Source of the DNA: the human T2T-CHM13v2.0 reference genome, Homo sapiens | Assembly: GCF_009914755.1 (NCBI RefSeq) | Contig: NC_060929.1 | DNA length: 64,000 nucleotides | Reading direction: 5' to 3' (one strand) | Notes under the pieces: model-generated | Database searches by the model: none | Told to the model about the DNA's origin: nothing | What the model saw: only the letters and a program-made list of their open reading frames with translations | In this document: positions 48,323-64,000 of the stretch, piece after piece | How the letters are laid out: each line of letters begins with the position of its first letter | Numbering within the stretch: position 1 is the stretch's first letter | Translations under genes and position numbers: made by a program

Positions 48323-48670
48323 CATGGTTAGAGTTTGTTCGGCATTTGTAATAATGTTAAGAATGAGCTTTGATCTATCCTAATACACAGCACAGAAAAC
48401 TGAGATTTAGAGAAGTGAAATGCCTCCATTGAAACAGTTTAAGAGAAGCAGAACTTATGATTGAACCTGGGTCTATCTGATGCTGAGGCTTGAGTGCTTT
48501 CACCACACCGCACTCCTTCCCAAGTACAGTAAACACATAGGATATTTTTGGTAACTTAGTGAAAACTAAATACATTAATACATTAAAGTATATTATACAA
48601 AATTTAAGTTCTGAGAAGAGGGAAGGCAGATAAATTGAATGACTCAAAGGAATAATGTATCTGCATTTTA
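48323..48670 (+). repeat. Donor copy of the 348-bp duplication
   Basis: Lies in continuous non-Alu sequence, whereas the other copy interrupts an Alu. Confidence 0.95.
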
Positions 48671-48918
48671 GCATTATAAAACATAAAGAAAACTTTTTTT
48701 GCAAAAAGTTTACTAAAGCCTACTGGTATCTTGGAAATATATCACATTTAACAATAGAGAACTAATAAATGAATGAGGATGGCGATGCAACGTCAGGGGG
48801 GTCTGATCGGTTCTGGCCTAGTCTGGTATATTTTATAGTGTTAGAGTTAAAATTGCATGTGACAATGTTACTAGGAAGTAGATTGGAGGATTAGCATTTG
48901 AAGGGAATATTGTCCATT

Positions 48919-49489
48919 TGATGTAAGGGAGGTGATTCCCCAAATTGGGGAATTAGCCCAGGAGGGTTCTTGGTTTTGCCCAGGAAAGACTTTAAGGGTG
49001 AGCTGGTTGTGTTAGACAGAAACTTTTACTAAAGCAGCAGTGTACAGCAGCAGCAAGGTACTGCTCTTTGTGAACCAGGGTTACCCCATAGGCAGTGTGC
49101 CCAGAGGAGCAGCTTAGGGGCAATTCTGCAGTCATATTTACATCCACTTCTAATTACGTGCAAATTAAGGGGCAGATTATGCAGAAATTTTTAGAAATAG
49201 GGTGGTAACTTTTGGGTCATCAGGTCATTGCCATGGAAAGGGATGGTAATTTTCAGGTGTTGCCATGGCAATGGTAAGCTGACCTGGCACACTGGTGGGT
49301 GTGTCTTACGGAAAGCTGAGGACTACATTCAGAAATATATTAGATATTGATTCTCACATGTCTTTAGCACCACATGTCCCTCTTTTATTAATATGTATAT
49401 TATTCTCACATATCCCTGTTTTAGCTAGACCTCAGTTTGTTCTGGTGTCCAAACCCTGCCTCCAGAGTCAAGTCCCACCTCCTACCTCA
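48919..49489 (-). mobile_element. ERV1 solo LTR, MER66-like
   Basis: Minus strand starts tgaggtaggaggtgggacttgactc; repeated ttgccatgg/ggtaac motifs; TG...CA ends. Confidence 0.75.
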
Positions 49490-51659
49490 TATTTAGTAAT
49501 TCATGTTCCTTGTGATAAATTTTTTTTCATGCAAAGTCACAAAATATTCTTATGGTCTTCCTTACTCAGACTACTCTACTAGAAGCCAAATATATTTTAT
49601 GTATCCTGTCAAGATAGGAAAAGATTAGACAAAAAAAGTACAACTAAGGAAGAAGTCTTTGGTAATAGTCATTATAAATATTTCCGTTTTAGCACTGAAA
49701 AAAATGTTAATGTATACAGAAATGTGAGCTCTTTAAGTAAGTGATAATGACAAATTGAAAATTGTTATGTAGTTTAGATTGGTGAATGATGATATTAGAA
49801 ACCTGATCTTTATACTTAGTAGTAAATACTTTAATAATGATTATAGACCAAGAAATAAAGCTGTCCACATTCATTTCCAATGCTGTTATTTAACAGTCAG
49901 ATGACCACTCACACAGGTCAGAAGGGAATTGACTTATCACATGAAAAGCAGTATGATTTAATTTAAAATGGCTTGAACATTTTTTAGAAGAAATAAACTG
50001 ATGCAAATGGCTTTTAAAGTGAGATTTGAAATGGAAAGTAAAACAAACCGTAAATTGAACTAGCTTATCTCAGTCTTAAGCCTACGTACATTTAATTCTA
50101 TATAATCAAAGGTGATTGCAAGAAACTAAGTCACATAACACCAAAAATAACAATTAATATTTAGATATCATTCTGAAACTAATTTTATTTATTTATTGTG
50201 ATAAAATAAGCATTATCAATGGACAAAAGCTTGTGAGAATTGCTGTCACACAGGCAAAATGTCATTGATCTCTTCCTTTTTGTCATTCTTTTTTCCTTGC
50301 TGTTCCTGGGCATTTTGTGGGAATTGCCGAATTTATATATTATTGGAGGATATACTTATGCTCTGTTATATTCTAAGAAGACTTTATGTGCTAAACCCAT
50401 TCTGTGATGATCTTCCCATTAATTTCATTGTCTATATCATGAATATATACATATAGGTGTAATTTGCCTTGAATGTATACAAAAGTAAAAATTGGCTTTT
50501 ATCAAGTTTTTATATTATGCTGAGATATATATGATACATACTAAGCAACTTGCTTGCATTATTTTATTTTACTAATTCATTTGCATATCCACTTAATAGA
50601 TAAAGAAACTGGGATAAGAGGATTTAAATTTTGCAAAATCAAACAACTAAAAAGAGGCAGTCAGTCCCAAGGTTTGAGTTCAAAATATATGACACCAGTG
50701 TAAGCCTCCTAACCACAGTACTAGATTCATTGGTATATATGTTTGTCTCCTAATTTTCTAATGCTTTAAGGTTCTCATATGCAGAGCCTATATATATATA
50801 TTCCTCTGTTTCTTTTCTCTTCATAGATATTTTTATGCCATGGATAACTAATAAATATTTCTTGCACTGATTAATATGGTAATATCAGACATATAAAGTG
50901 TACATAGAGCCCATATAAATTTTAGAGACCAGTCAGAATTTGTACTGGCCAGTGACTCTTATAAAAAAATAATTTTCAAGGCCAGTTTGACTGATGATAT
51001 CATTACAGTTTTTCATTTTAAAAAAGATCTATGCATTTTGTTATGAAACAAGTTCAATGAAATAATGTGCCTAAGAAGTAAGCCTTGCTTTGTTTCATTT
51101 TTGTATTTATTCCCATGGCAACATTATGCATATTAAGTATAGCCTTGGAAGTTTCCTTACAGCTTCGAAATATACAAATAGTTTAATAAAGTTCCCAACT
51201 CATATTATACGGGGTTCCTACAAAGTAAATTATAAGGGCATCTTGTCAGAGATGAGTTGAAAAAGATTAATTCTTATAACATTTTTCTACATAAGCCTAA
51301 ATATTCACACCCAGGTATTGTTGTTATGTTAACTATTTGGAACCCGTTAGAAAAATGAAGGGACTAAACGCACCGATGGTGGTATTAAATAGGCAATATA
51401 TGATTATAAGTACCTTGAAATACATAAACAGTAATAATAGCTATCATTTATTTTGCTCTTACTAATGCTAAACACTGTACTAAGCATCTTGCTTATTGAC
51501 TTACTCTTTTTCTCATTCACTTGATAATTCTTTGTTGAATACCTACCATTTGCTACATCATGTTCTTGGTGTTTGGAATCTAACAGTGAAAGAAACAGCA
51601 AAGTTTTTGCCTTCATGGAATGAAGATTCTGCTGAGCCTCAGAATAATGTGAACATTAG

Positions 51660-51987
<328 letters not shown>

Positions 51988-52197
51988 AAAAATTAGGTAC
52001 TGTTTTATCCCAGTTTTATAGCTGAGAACTCTAAGGTTTCCTCAGAAAGTAGGCTATTTGCCTAGTTTACTTGGCAAAGCCATAATTCAACTCATGTTTG
52101 TCTTACTTCTGATTCCAAGGACTTAAACACTGTACTATACTGAAAATAAGTGAGTTGAGTAGATTAAGCCACTGCATCAAGACTATACTTATTTTAA

Positions 52198-52553
<356 letters not shown>

Positions 52554-55500
52554 TTAACATAATCTCTTATGTGTTAATACTTTTTCACTTGAATTATGCT
52601 GTAAAGTTATCATCTTTAGCTCTTTAATTTTATTTTTGGCCTCATGTACCTCTGCCTATGAATGATATGGACACTGCGTGTGAGTTGCATGGAATGATAA
52701 GATATCATTCAAGAAGAAATTATTCAAGGAATAATAGGAGAATTATAAAATGCAGAGGAGACTGGTTTATAAGTGAATTCATTTAAAAAAACCCTTTAAA
52801 AATGTAAATTTTGGTTTTATAAACAAAATCAAATTTATTCCAATAAGTGAATATATTAGTGAATATTAAAAGATTATTCAAAATTAAGTAAACATATCTC
52901 ATATAACTGTCAAGTGATGTCACCTTTCAAAATAAAAGAGACACATTATATTCTATTAGTTCAGTAGAGTGAAATAATTGGTGATCTATCTGTCTGTCCA
53001 TCCATCCATCTAAAAACAAACTTGCTCCTTCAACCTCAACCTCAGAGGACAAGAATGAAGCCAATTTTAAAAGTAAACAAAAGGCTCCATTTCTGTGTTC
53101 TTCATGCTCTGCTGATCACAACACCAAGAATGTGACTAATGTCTAAAGCAAAGTATTTTTGGATGTCTTGCTATTGTAACATGGGCTTCAAATAGTAATC
53201 ACCAGCATTCTTCAGTATAGAATTAGCTTGTGGATTATACTGGTGATGGAGAGGGTCCCTAGGCCTCACTATAGCAATTTAGTATAACCAATCCTCCAGA
53301 GAATATGTGGTAAAGGGAAATTCTGGGTTTCATGCTATTTGTATTCATGGGCTTCCCATGAATCTTCACTTTCAATGGGAACTGTAGGTAATTCTGAGAG
53401 AGATTGCCCTTGTTCTCTCATTGGGCTAACAGTGGCTTTGATGGAGCCAATAAAAAGGACAGACTCTTATATGGCAAAATATAAATGAATAAATAATAAT
53501 AATTAGAATATCGTGTGATTTTTTTTCTTTCCTAATAATTGTGGCTTCCCATTGTGACAGTTATTTGTCTTTAATCTGCTTTCATTGGTAGAATTCATGA
53601 ACTTCAAATACTCTCACAGACCTATGCTATCATTAAAATATTCTTTACTTAGAAATAAACAGGTTTCATAAATCCTCTCTCAATAGATCAAAGTATGCAT
53701 ACACATGAATTAATTAAGATGTTTAGAGTGAATGCTCTGTGACATAAGAGGGCAAACAATTGGTGAAATTGTTTTTAAATTATTGTTAAATGCCATCTTA
53801 CGTTCCCAAACTGTTCTTATTTTTAGTGGAAATGCATGACACTAACTTTTGATATTTTTTAAACAATTTTTTAAAACTCATGGCCTTATAGTCATTACAT
53901 ATGTGTGAATTTTATATTTTAACTCCTAAATGCTTTTGTATTTTTTTTCTTTGCTCGTTTTTCCTCCTATTTCCCGTTCCTCTGTGTGGCATCTACTACT
54001 TTTCAAGATCGCTTTTCTACTTTTATATCCCCAGTTTAGATTCCCCATATTATGCCCATCATCTCTTTTGGTCTAGAAACACAAGTAAAAAGTAACATCT
54101 CTCAAATATTAAAATACAAAGTCACTTGATCCTAATTTAACGTGAAAAAAGAAAAACATATAAACATATTCTATGCAATGTATTTAAAGTTAGTTGTTTA
54201 TAGATTTATATTTCTTATGTAAACTTTTTGATAAATGAGTACGTCTGATTTTTCTCATGCAATTTAGATTTTTTAATTTATTACAGTAAGTACACATTAT
54301 ATTTTTAAATTCAAAAATGTAACAAGAGAAAATAGTATGAAAAATTTGGAGTTCACAAGAAATCTTATTTATGTTTTTTTATTTAGATGTTTTGGCTGGA
54401 AGAAGGGGAGTTTGTTTTAAAAGGAGATAATAGTCCCAACTGAGAAATTTTCTTTTTCCACACCAACATTTTTTTTGCAGTTTTTATAACACCTACATTT
54501 TCTTATTGCCTGCCTTATGGTTCTATTTGGAGCTATGCCAGTGTCATAACTAAAATTTTTTTTTAAATGCAGGGGAGTAATGCACAGTAATAGTGCAGTA
54601 GATAATTCAAATCAAGCTTTCCTGCTGAGAGCAACTAGAAATATTAGACTTGAGCAATGTTAGTGGAAGCAACAGCATTAACAAGCAGTTATCAAGGGGA
54701 GGATTCATGGCAAAATACTTTCCCCTGTGGGTGTGTTCAGTTCTTTAATGGGTTGGCAAGTAGTTTGAGCAGTTCTGACAGTCTCCTGGGGATAAGGAAG
54801 GAGTAATAGGGGCTCAGAGTGGGATCATAGGAGTGAGGATAAACTAAGTAGTACCCTGCAGGAATTACAGTTTACTTTTGTATTTTCTCAATAGCTACAA
54901 TTGGATTGAGGAAATCCTGGATCACCAGTGCCCGTTACCTAGAAGAAGCAACCATTAACGGTTTTAGACTAAGATCTTATCATCTAAAGAAAGGGTCAAA
55001 TAATTTCTACAAAATTAAAAAAAAAAAATCTGTCACCCAATAAAAATAATCAGGTATAGGAATAGAGAATACAACATGAGGAAAATCAGTAAAAACAATC
55101 AAAGGTAGAAAGGCCCACTTAGTTCCAAATGATATGTGATAAAGCACAGATTGTGAAATAATAATGCTCGCTCTGTCAAACAATTAAAGCAAAGATTGAG
55201 TATTAGCATATGACTGGAAATGTTAAAATAACAAATGGAAATATTAGAGATGAGTAATTAAAATTAAGAACCAATTGATAGTTTTAACACAGTCACAGTT
55301 TAAAAGAGCATTAATCAAATAAGAAATAGATTGAAAATAAATACATAGAATAAAGCAGAGAAAGTCAAAGAATGAAAATTACAGAATTATGCTATGAGAC
55401 AAAGGTGATACAGCAAAAGGGTCTAATTCTCTATAGTTGGAATCTGAGGAAAATTAGATAGAAAATAGAGACGAAGCAATTTCTGAAGAAAATATGACTG

Positions 55501-56673
55501 AGAACTTGACAAAACTGGAAGAAGACATCAAGTCACAGAATCAAGGGCACTATAAATCCGATGCTAAAAATAATTGAAACTCAGTTTTGTACCTAAGATC
55601 TCTTGAAATAAAGTTAAAAAGAGCCAGATTTAGAAGCAATTGGAGATTTAAGAACATGCCATTTTTCAAAAAACAATAAGATTACCAAGTGGGTTTTTAA
55701 TGGAAATGATGGAAACCAAAAAATAATAGAGTGACATTTTTAAATAGTGAAAGGATAGAAATATTAACCTGTAATTTTGTGCTCCACAAAACTATAATTT
55801 AAAAATGTAATCAAAATAAAGATGTTTTCAGAAATATAAGAAATTAGAGAATTTATCTTTGAAAGATTCACCATAAAAGAAATGCTAGAGGTATTCTTTA
55901 GGATGAGGGAAATTATCTTCCAAAAAGCAAGAAATTATCTTCAAAAAAACCAAGAAATTACAAAAAGAAAAAAATACAAGAAATATAAATGTAAATATGG
56001 GGGGATATCTAGATGAATATTGATTTTATTAAACAATATGTCTTACAGGGTTTAGCACACCTTTAGTCCATAAGCAGTTCAGTAAATTGAGTTAAAAAAT
56101 AAAAAGAGCATAACTCTAGAAGTAAAAAAGATAACACTGAATAATAAAAACATTCAAGCAAAAAAAAAACTCAAGAATAAAGGAAAAGAGAAAGAATCAA
56201 TGGCATAACTAAAGAAGATGGAAAAATATGGTATATTTAAAGCCAAGTATATCAATATGTATGTTAAATATAAATGTATTAAATGTATTGGCAAAAATTT
56301 TCAGATTGAAAAAAATAACAAGTGATATCCACAACAACATGTCAAAACATAAACATATATAATTTGAATTGGCGAATTATATTTTATATGCAGTGGACCA
56401 AATGACTATGTTCTTAATATTAACATATTGAAATCCTAATGACCAAGATGATAATATTAGATATATGAGTCTTTGGAAGATAATTAGGTCATGTGTGTAG
56501 AGCCTCATAAAATGGATTAATGCCCTTACAAAAGAGAACCCAGAGAAATCCTTTGCCCATAGGATCATGTGAGGACCCAGTGAAAAGACATCCATGAATC
56601 AGGAAACAAACCCTTACCAGATACAGAGTCTGATGGTGCCATGATCTTGGACTTCTCAGCCTCTGGCCTGTGA

Positions 56674-57315
<642 letters not shown>

Positions 57316-58100
57316 GAAGAAATGTTTGTTGTTTATAAGCCTCTCAGTCTATAAATTTTTGTTATAGCAGCCCAAATGGACTATAACATCATATAAATTT
57401 TTCTCAATAAAGACAGTAAACAATAAGAACAGGCATATCAAAGAAAAAGAAAGAAAACACTAAGCAATACAAATACTAACTTTACAAAAAAAAATTCACA
57501 GTGCTACACTAATGGCAAGCATATTAGAAATTAATGTAAAAAAACCCCTAAAGATAAAAGGAAGCATTCCGTCACAGTTTTAATTTATTGGGGAGATCTA
57601 ACATTGCTAATATTATATAAATGATTTAATACGATGTCACAATATAAAGCAAAAATTCACAAGACTATAAGGAGCAAAAACAAATCTACAAATAAAATGA
57701 GAAATTTTATCACACCTCCCTCAGATAAACTGATAGAAAAAGCAGGTAAAAATCAGAAAAAGATATAAAATATTTGAAAAACATAATTGACAAATTTGAC
57801 CTAAAGGATATGCTGTGTAGAAAATTACACCCAAAACATAAAGGAAAAAACAATTTTTTCCTGAGCACACAAACATTTACAGAATGTGTATAAATGCTGT
57901 GTCATTAAGCAAGTTTCCATTAGGACCAAAAGACCTTGAAATCATACAGAGAAAGTACTTTAACTATAAATAAGATTTTTAAGACTGATAGACATTATAA
58001 AATTAAGTAGAAAGCTCCAATATGTTTTGCAGTTGAAGAAAGTACTTTTAATCAATTCAGAGGTCGAAGGTAAAATAATTAATATTAAATATAACATGTT

Positions 58101-58625
58101 TGTATTAGTCATAGTTCTCCAGAGAAACAGAGTCAGTAGGATTGATAGAATCTATCTATCTGCATGAAACGGGCTCATGAACTATAGAGACTGAGAAGTC
58201 CTGGAATCTGCTGTGTGCAGGTTGGAGAACCAGGAAAGCCAGTAGTGTACTGTAGTTCAAAGTCTAAGTCCAAATACTTGAGAACCAGGGGAGCCTGTAG
58301 TGTAAGTGTTAGGACATTCCAGAAACTTAAGAAACAGGGGCTCTAATGCCTAAGGGCAGGATAAAATGGATATCTCAGTTCAAACAGAAAGTGTGAATTC
58401 TCCTTTCCTCCATTTCTTTGTTCTATTTGGGCCCTTAATGAAGTGGATAATTCTCATCTATTATATCTAATAGATTGATGAGAATGATCTTCTTTACTTG
58501 GTCTACAAATCTGGATGGTAATCTCTTCCAGAAATATTCTCAAAGACACACCCAGAAATAATGTTTTACCAGCAATCTGATCAAACCTTAGCCCGTCAAG
58601 TTGACACATAAAACTAACCATCACA
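58101..58625 (-). mobile_element. MLT2B-like ERVL solo LTR
   Basis: tgtattagtc..gttctccagagaaacaga and gttgacacataaaactaaccatcaca termini; perfect TSD atgtt. Confidence 0.92.
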
Positions 58626-61600
58626 ATGTTTTTATCTGCATGTTAATAAAAATGATGTATCAAAACTTATGGGAAGGAGAAAAATATTTTTGTAGAGAAA
58701 ATTTTTGGCATATATTTGAAAAGAAAAAGTGAGTATCAGTGAACCAAACATCCTTATTAGGAAGTACTAGAACAGCAATTTAAACTAAAAAAAGAAAAAG
58801 AATTAAAATAAGATGAAAACAGAATTACTAAAATAGAAAAAAATAAAGAACAGTCAAGAAATCAATAAAGCTAACAAATTCTGAGCTTAAAAGAGGGAAA
58901 GAGAGAGGAAGAGAGAGAGTATAGAATAGCTAATATCAAGAATAAAAATTAACAACTCTAAAAATCCGTAGATACATTAAAAATATATGAGGATATAATG
59001 AACAATTTTGAAAATCATAACATGAAAATATAATCAACACAAGAAAAATAAAAATTTGAATAAACCTATGAATATTAACAAAATTTAATCTCCAGTTAAT
59101 AGCTTTTCTATGAAGGAATTTTTAAAAATTAAAAGATCACAAAACAATACAAAACAAAAATCTAGGTCTAGATGTGATCATTGGTGAATACCTCCAAGGA
59201 TTTAAGCAAGGCAGAATTGTCTTACACCAACATATATAAAATGGCAAAAATAAAATAAAGTAAAATGAAAGCACAATGCTTTCCCATTTATATTTTGAGG
59301 ATAAGACATTTCAAGAAAGGATATTTTCACACATTGATCTTAAAGAAGAATATAGAGTTCAAAATCCTAATACGAATATTAGCAAAGTTAATTCAATAAT
59401 GTACTTAAAAGAGGTAACGCACCATACTGAGGTTATTTTTATCCAGGAACGTAAGGTTAGTTTAACATTGAAAAATAAATTTAACATGGCATATTACTAA
59501 GAATAAAAGAAAAATTATGTCATCATTCTGAAAAGCATGGCAAAAGAAGGTTTGATCACATTCAATATTTCATGATTTAAGTAATCTTAGAAAACAAAAA
59601 GGAAAGAACTTAGTCTCATAAATGTATGTATCACAAGAAAAGTCCTATGGAAAAAATAATGCCGTATCTTGACAGTTTTGAAGACTTCTACTTGAAATGG
59701 AGCCCTAAGTGGCTGCCATCATCACTCTTCTTTTTATTGGAGTCCCTCACACTGCAGTAAACAACAACAAAAAGAAAGACAACTAATGTAGATCACAGAG
59801 GAAGTAATAACATTCTTATTATTCACATATAATAATATATAGATAGAAGTAAAAAGTACACATAATAAATTAAAATTAATAAAGTATTTTAGTAAGGTTT
59901 CTGGAGGCAAGTCAAAGTACAAAAATCACATTTCTTTATAGCTACAACAAACAGAATATTAAATTTTAAAACCATGTCATTTATAATAAAATGGCATCGA
60001 AAATTTAGCAAATAATATACCCAGTAGACAATACGTAATACCTCCTGCAAGAAAGTACAAAAAATATTTATTGGGAGAAATTAAAGAAAATCGAAGAATG
60101 TGAATATGCATGTCATGTTTATGGAGTGAAAGACACACTGTAATGTAGATTCTAACTCTCCCTAAACTTGTCTTTAGATTAACTGCAATTCCCATCAAAA
60201 TCCCCATGGGAGTTTTTGTGGAACATGATGGGATGACATTAAAATAGTATGAAAATGCAAAATGCTAATAATAACAAGCATCATATTCTGCCTTGAAGAG
60301 CAAAGGGAATGGACTTCCTCTATCAGATATCTGGGCTAAGTGGCAATATGGAAGAATAGGAAATGATAGTATCTTTAACAGGTGATACTGAAACAATTGA
60401 TTATTGATATTGAAAATAGTGTGACTTGATCACTAGCACACATTATATATTAAAAATGAATTCCAAGGAATTATATATTTGGATGAGAAATGCAAATTTT
60501 CTACAATATAACTTTGGGAGAATATCTTTAAAATGGAGTAGGGCAGTATTTCTTAAATAGGACACACAAAGCATTAACCACAAAGGAAAATGTTGGTAAA
60601 CTGGACAAGGTTAAATTTAAGAACTCACTTCCCAAAGATGTTATTAAGAGAATGAAAAAGCAATTCACAGAGTGAGAGAATATATTTTCAAGGCATCAGT
60701 AGATAAAGGATGTGCATCTGGAATATATAAAGAATTACTAATCAATAAGAAAAAGACAAAACAACTCAAGAGATGAATTGGCAAGAGGCTTTAATAAGAT
60801 ACACATATCAAACAAAAGTGAGAAAACTTTATAAACCTTATTGGTATTTAGGGAAGTGAAAATTACAACATGATGAAACATCACGATGTACCACCAGGAT
60901 CGTAAGAATTAATAGGGCTGACAACTCTTAAGTGTTGACAAAGCCATAGAACACTGTGAGTTCTCTTACACTGTGGCAAAGGGAGTTACTTTGGGAAGAG
61001 TTTGATCCTATCTTGTAAATATAAATGTAGGCATATACTCCATATCCCTGCAATTATTCTCCTAGGCATACAATCAAGAGGAATATGTTCCAAGACACAT
61101 ACAAAAATATTTAAAGCAGCATTATGTGGGCTATTTGGATAAATTGAGTTATTATATATGCAAATAATGGAATGCTATACATCAATGAAAATGAAAGAAA
61201 TATAGCTACAATGAACCATATGCCTGAATCTTACAAATATAACACATGGAGTGAATGATACCAGATACAATAAACTACATACTGTATAATAACATTGATT
61301 AATATTTCAAAAAATAAACAGAACAGTTTTTAGGATTTTTTGGTTAATTAATAAAACATGTAATGCAAACTGAGATAGTGACACTATGAAGTTGATTTTT
61401 TTTAAGAAATTGGCAATAAGTAATTAGTGGGAGGGAACATAAGGACTGGATTTCTAGGTGGCTAGCCATGATCTATTTCTTAATCTAGGTGGTGATTACA
61501 CAGGTATTCATGATGAATTGTGCTGCCTATATACTTTTGTTTACTATTATATATGAGATATTTCACAACAAAAAGGGTTAAAGAAAATTTAGTTCAGCTC

Positions 61601-62699
61601 CTTTTTACAGAAACACCTAATAGAGTGCTGGGGTGGGAATGAGTCAATAAAACTGTGCCTACTAAGATTCCACAGCTCTGGTGGAGGTTACCACCATGAG
61701 TGTCAACACAGTGTACCCAGGCAAATTACTAGAATCAAGGGATGTCAATCAGATGTGCAATTCTGCAGAAACAAACATTCACAGCAGCAGCTCTCTCAGC
61801 ACTGCGGCTCTGGAGAGAACTAACTAAAAAAAAGGTAGAAAATAGAGAGAAAAACTAAGTTTGTGAAGGCAGGTTTAAGGTTTACATTATGTCAGGAGAT
61901 GTCCTTACACAGTTGCATCCCTCTATCTCCTATCTGGTCTCTCCAAGTGGCTATCACTAATGCTTTATTTTGTAGCAGCAAACTGAGCTTTCAGATGTGG
62001 GAGTAATTGACCTCAGTGACCAAGAGTTATTTGATTCTTAACTGAGTGCTATGGGTGGGGTGGTGGTAATTAAATTACTTTCTAAACTAATTGGGAAAGT
62101 TTCACTGATTGTTAGCAATATGATAAAAACACTGTTAGCAAAAGAAAAAAGTTTTTAAGGTCAAATAAAATCATCTGTTTCCTACTATTGTTCAAAACCT
62201 TCAAAAAATTTTCTTTGCAGAATATCTAGTTCAAGTTTCTGCTGTTAGCATGGATTATATTTAAACTTTATACAACAAGCATATTTAAAATATTTGGCCA
62301 TTAACTCCAATAAGACTATTAGAAAGCATATTGGACTTAATGGTAAAATTTATCTAATGAGGTCAACTCTCTATCAGCCTTTTATATATTACATCATCTT
62401 TAAATTCAGGCTCCACTTCTCTACCTATGAGACTCTCCTTCGACTATGAAACTTGTTTTTTCTTTATCTTTTACATTTATACAATCCTAAAATAATCTCC
62501 TGGATACAAGTAATTTACTTTGACAATTGTTATGTAGTTTTTACTGAACATTTTGCTCTTCCTTTTCTCAAATTCTTATTTATGTTGTCTTTAATTTGGG
62601 GGACTCCTTTCTATTTTCCTCAGCTTCTTATTTCTTTATGTCATTCTTCTAGTAATGAAAACAATTTATGCAATGACTCAATATTCTCATTATAATTTT

Positions 62700-62950
62700 G
62701 TATATCAAATTACTCCTCTGAGTTTTTTTCTATTTTGCTGATTTGTGGACGTCTAAATTTTTGTCTTTGACTTTCTATCTCTACTGTCCCTGAGTCTCAA
62801 TCACTTCATGATTTTAGTTACCATTTGTTACTAATAGCTACCAAATCAATATTTACACCTCAGTAGCTCCTGTAAGTACTAGATTCATATTAACAATGTC
62901 TCGTCTCTACTACAATATCCCAGAACTTGATGATTGTTAGGGCATCCTCT
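62700..62950 (+). mobile_element. L2 internal fragment
   Basis: catgattttagttaccattt...ccaaatcaatattt...agattcatatt resembles L2 ORF2. Confidence 0.45.
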
Positions 62951-63164
62951 TTCATGTATTCATTCCAAAATTTGTTGTATACCAGCTATTATTAGAGAAG
63001 ACAGTCCTAAGTCATTTTAACAGTGAAATTAGTACATGGAAATGCACTTTCAGATGGGAAGAAATAGTTCCAACTAAGTAAATGGTTTGAGAAAGTCAGA
63101 GATCCCAAACATGTACCTGTCCAACATCAATGATCAGGAAAAAAAAATCCTCTTTAAAAGTGAA

Positions 63165-63528
<364 letters not shown>

Positions 63529-63726
63529 TTAACTGGAAAGCTAATTGTTTCCCATGTATGAGTCATTATTTTATTTATTAAAAACCACTACAACAATAAA
63601 TGTTATAGGCTGATAGGCTTTTATCAATGCCTTTTTATGATCATGGTTATTATGAAGAATTGTAGTGCACATTCTTCTTAAATTAAACAAACCTTTGCCC
63701 TCAATATGGTATCCTCTTAAAACATA

Positions 63727-63879
63727 CTAGGTGTTCTCAAACTTGAGTATCAGAATTCTCTGGAGGATTTGTTAAACCTGGAGTATGTAATATGTGGATC
63801 TGGGCTGGAGACTGAGAATTTGCAGTTCTAGCAAGTTCCTAGTTGATGCTTCTTCAAAGACCACATGTTGGGAATCATG
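63727..63879. mobile_element. MER5A-like hAT DNA transposon
   Basis: gttctcaaactt...ctgagaatttgcagttctagcaagttcctagttgatgct...gaccacatgttgggaatca. Confidence 0.8.
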
Positions 63880-64000
63880 AACAAACAATACTACTAATAC
63901 TTGTTTTTTTCCACACCTGTTTTAAAACTTCTACAAGTTTAATTTGCTACATTTATAGATATTTGGAGAAAAAAGTGGCACATGACTTAGGATTTGCATA

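Overview
AT-rich, repeat-dense primate genomic DNA, human-like from its Alu subfamilies. It reads as a large intron or intergenic segment. I can support no protein-coding exon, tRNA, rRNA or snRNA; the longer supplied ORFs mostly translate Alu, LTR, L1/L2 or microsatellite sequence. The window holds about 30 Alus and about a dozen LTR elements, including one complete THE1-type MaLR with a perfect TSD. It also has several old L1M copies and L2, L3, MIR and MER5 relics. The most interesting signal is structural, a set of local DNA-copying scars. (i) A 348-bp nearby segment is pasted into an Alu with a fold-back junction (47478-47825, from 48323-48670). (ii) A 56-bp segment from 7.5 kb away is inserted iteratively into an LTR (49315-49414, from 41820-41875). 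(iii) An Alu-bounded ~0.5-kb tandem duplication contains a chimeric Alu (4753-5611). (iv) A polyadenylated, TSD-flanked retrocopy-like fragment is nested in an MLT1 LTR (56688-57330). (v) Several short snap-back hairpins lie inside repeats. I do not see a new gene-based system. Repeat family names come from recalled consensus sequences and need RepeatMasker/Dfam confirmation; mismatch counts are by eye.
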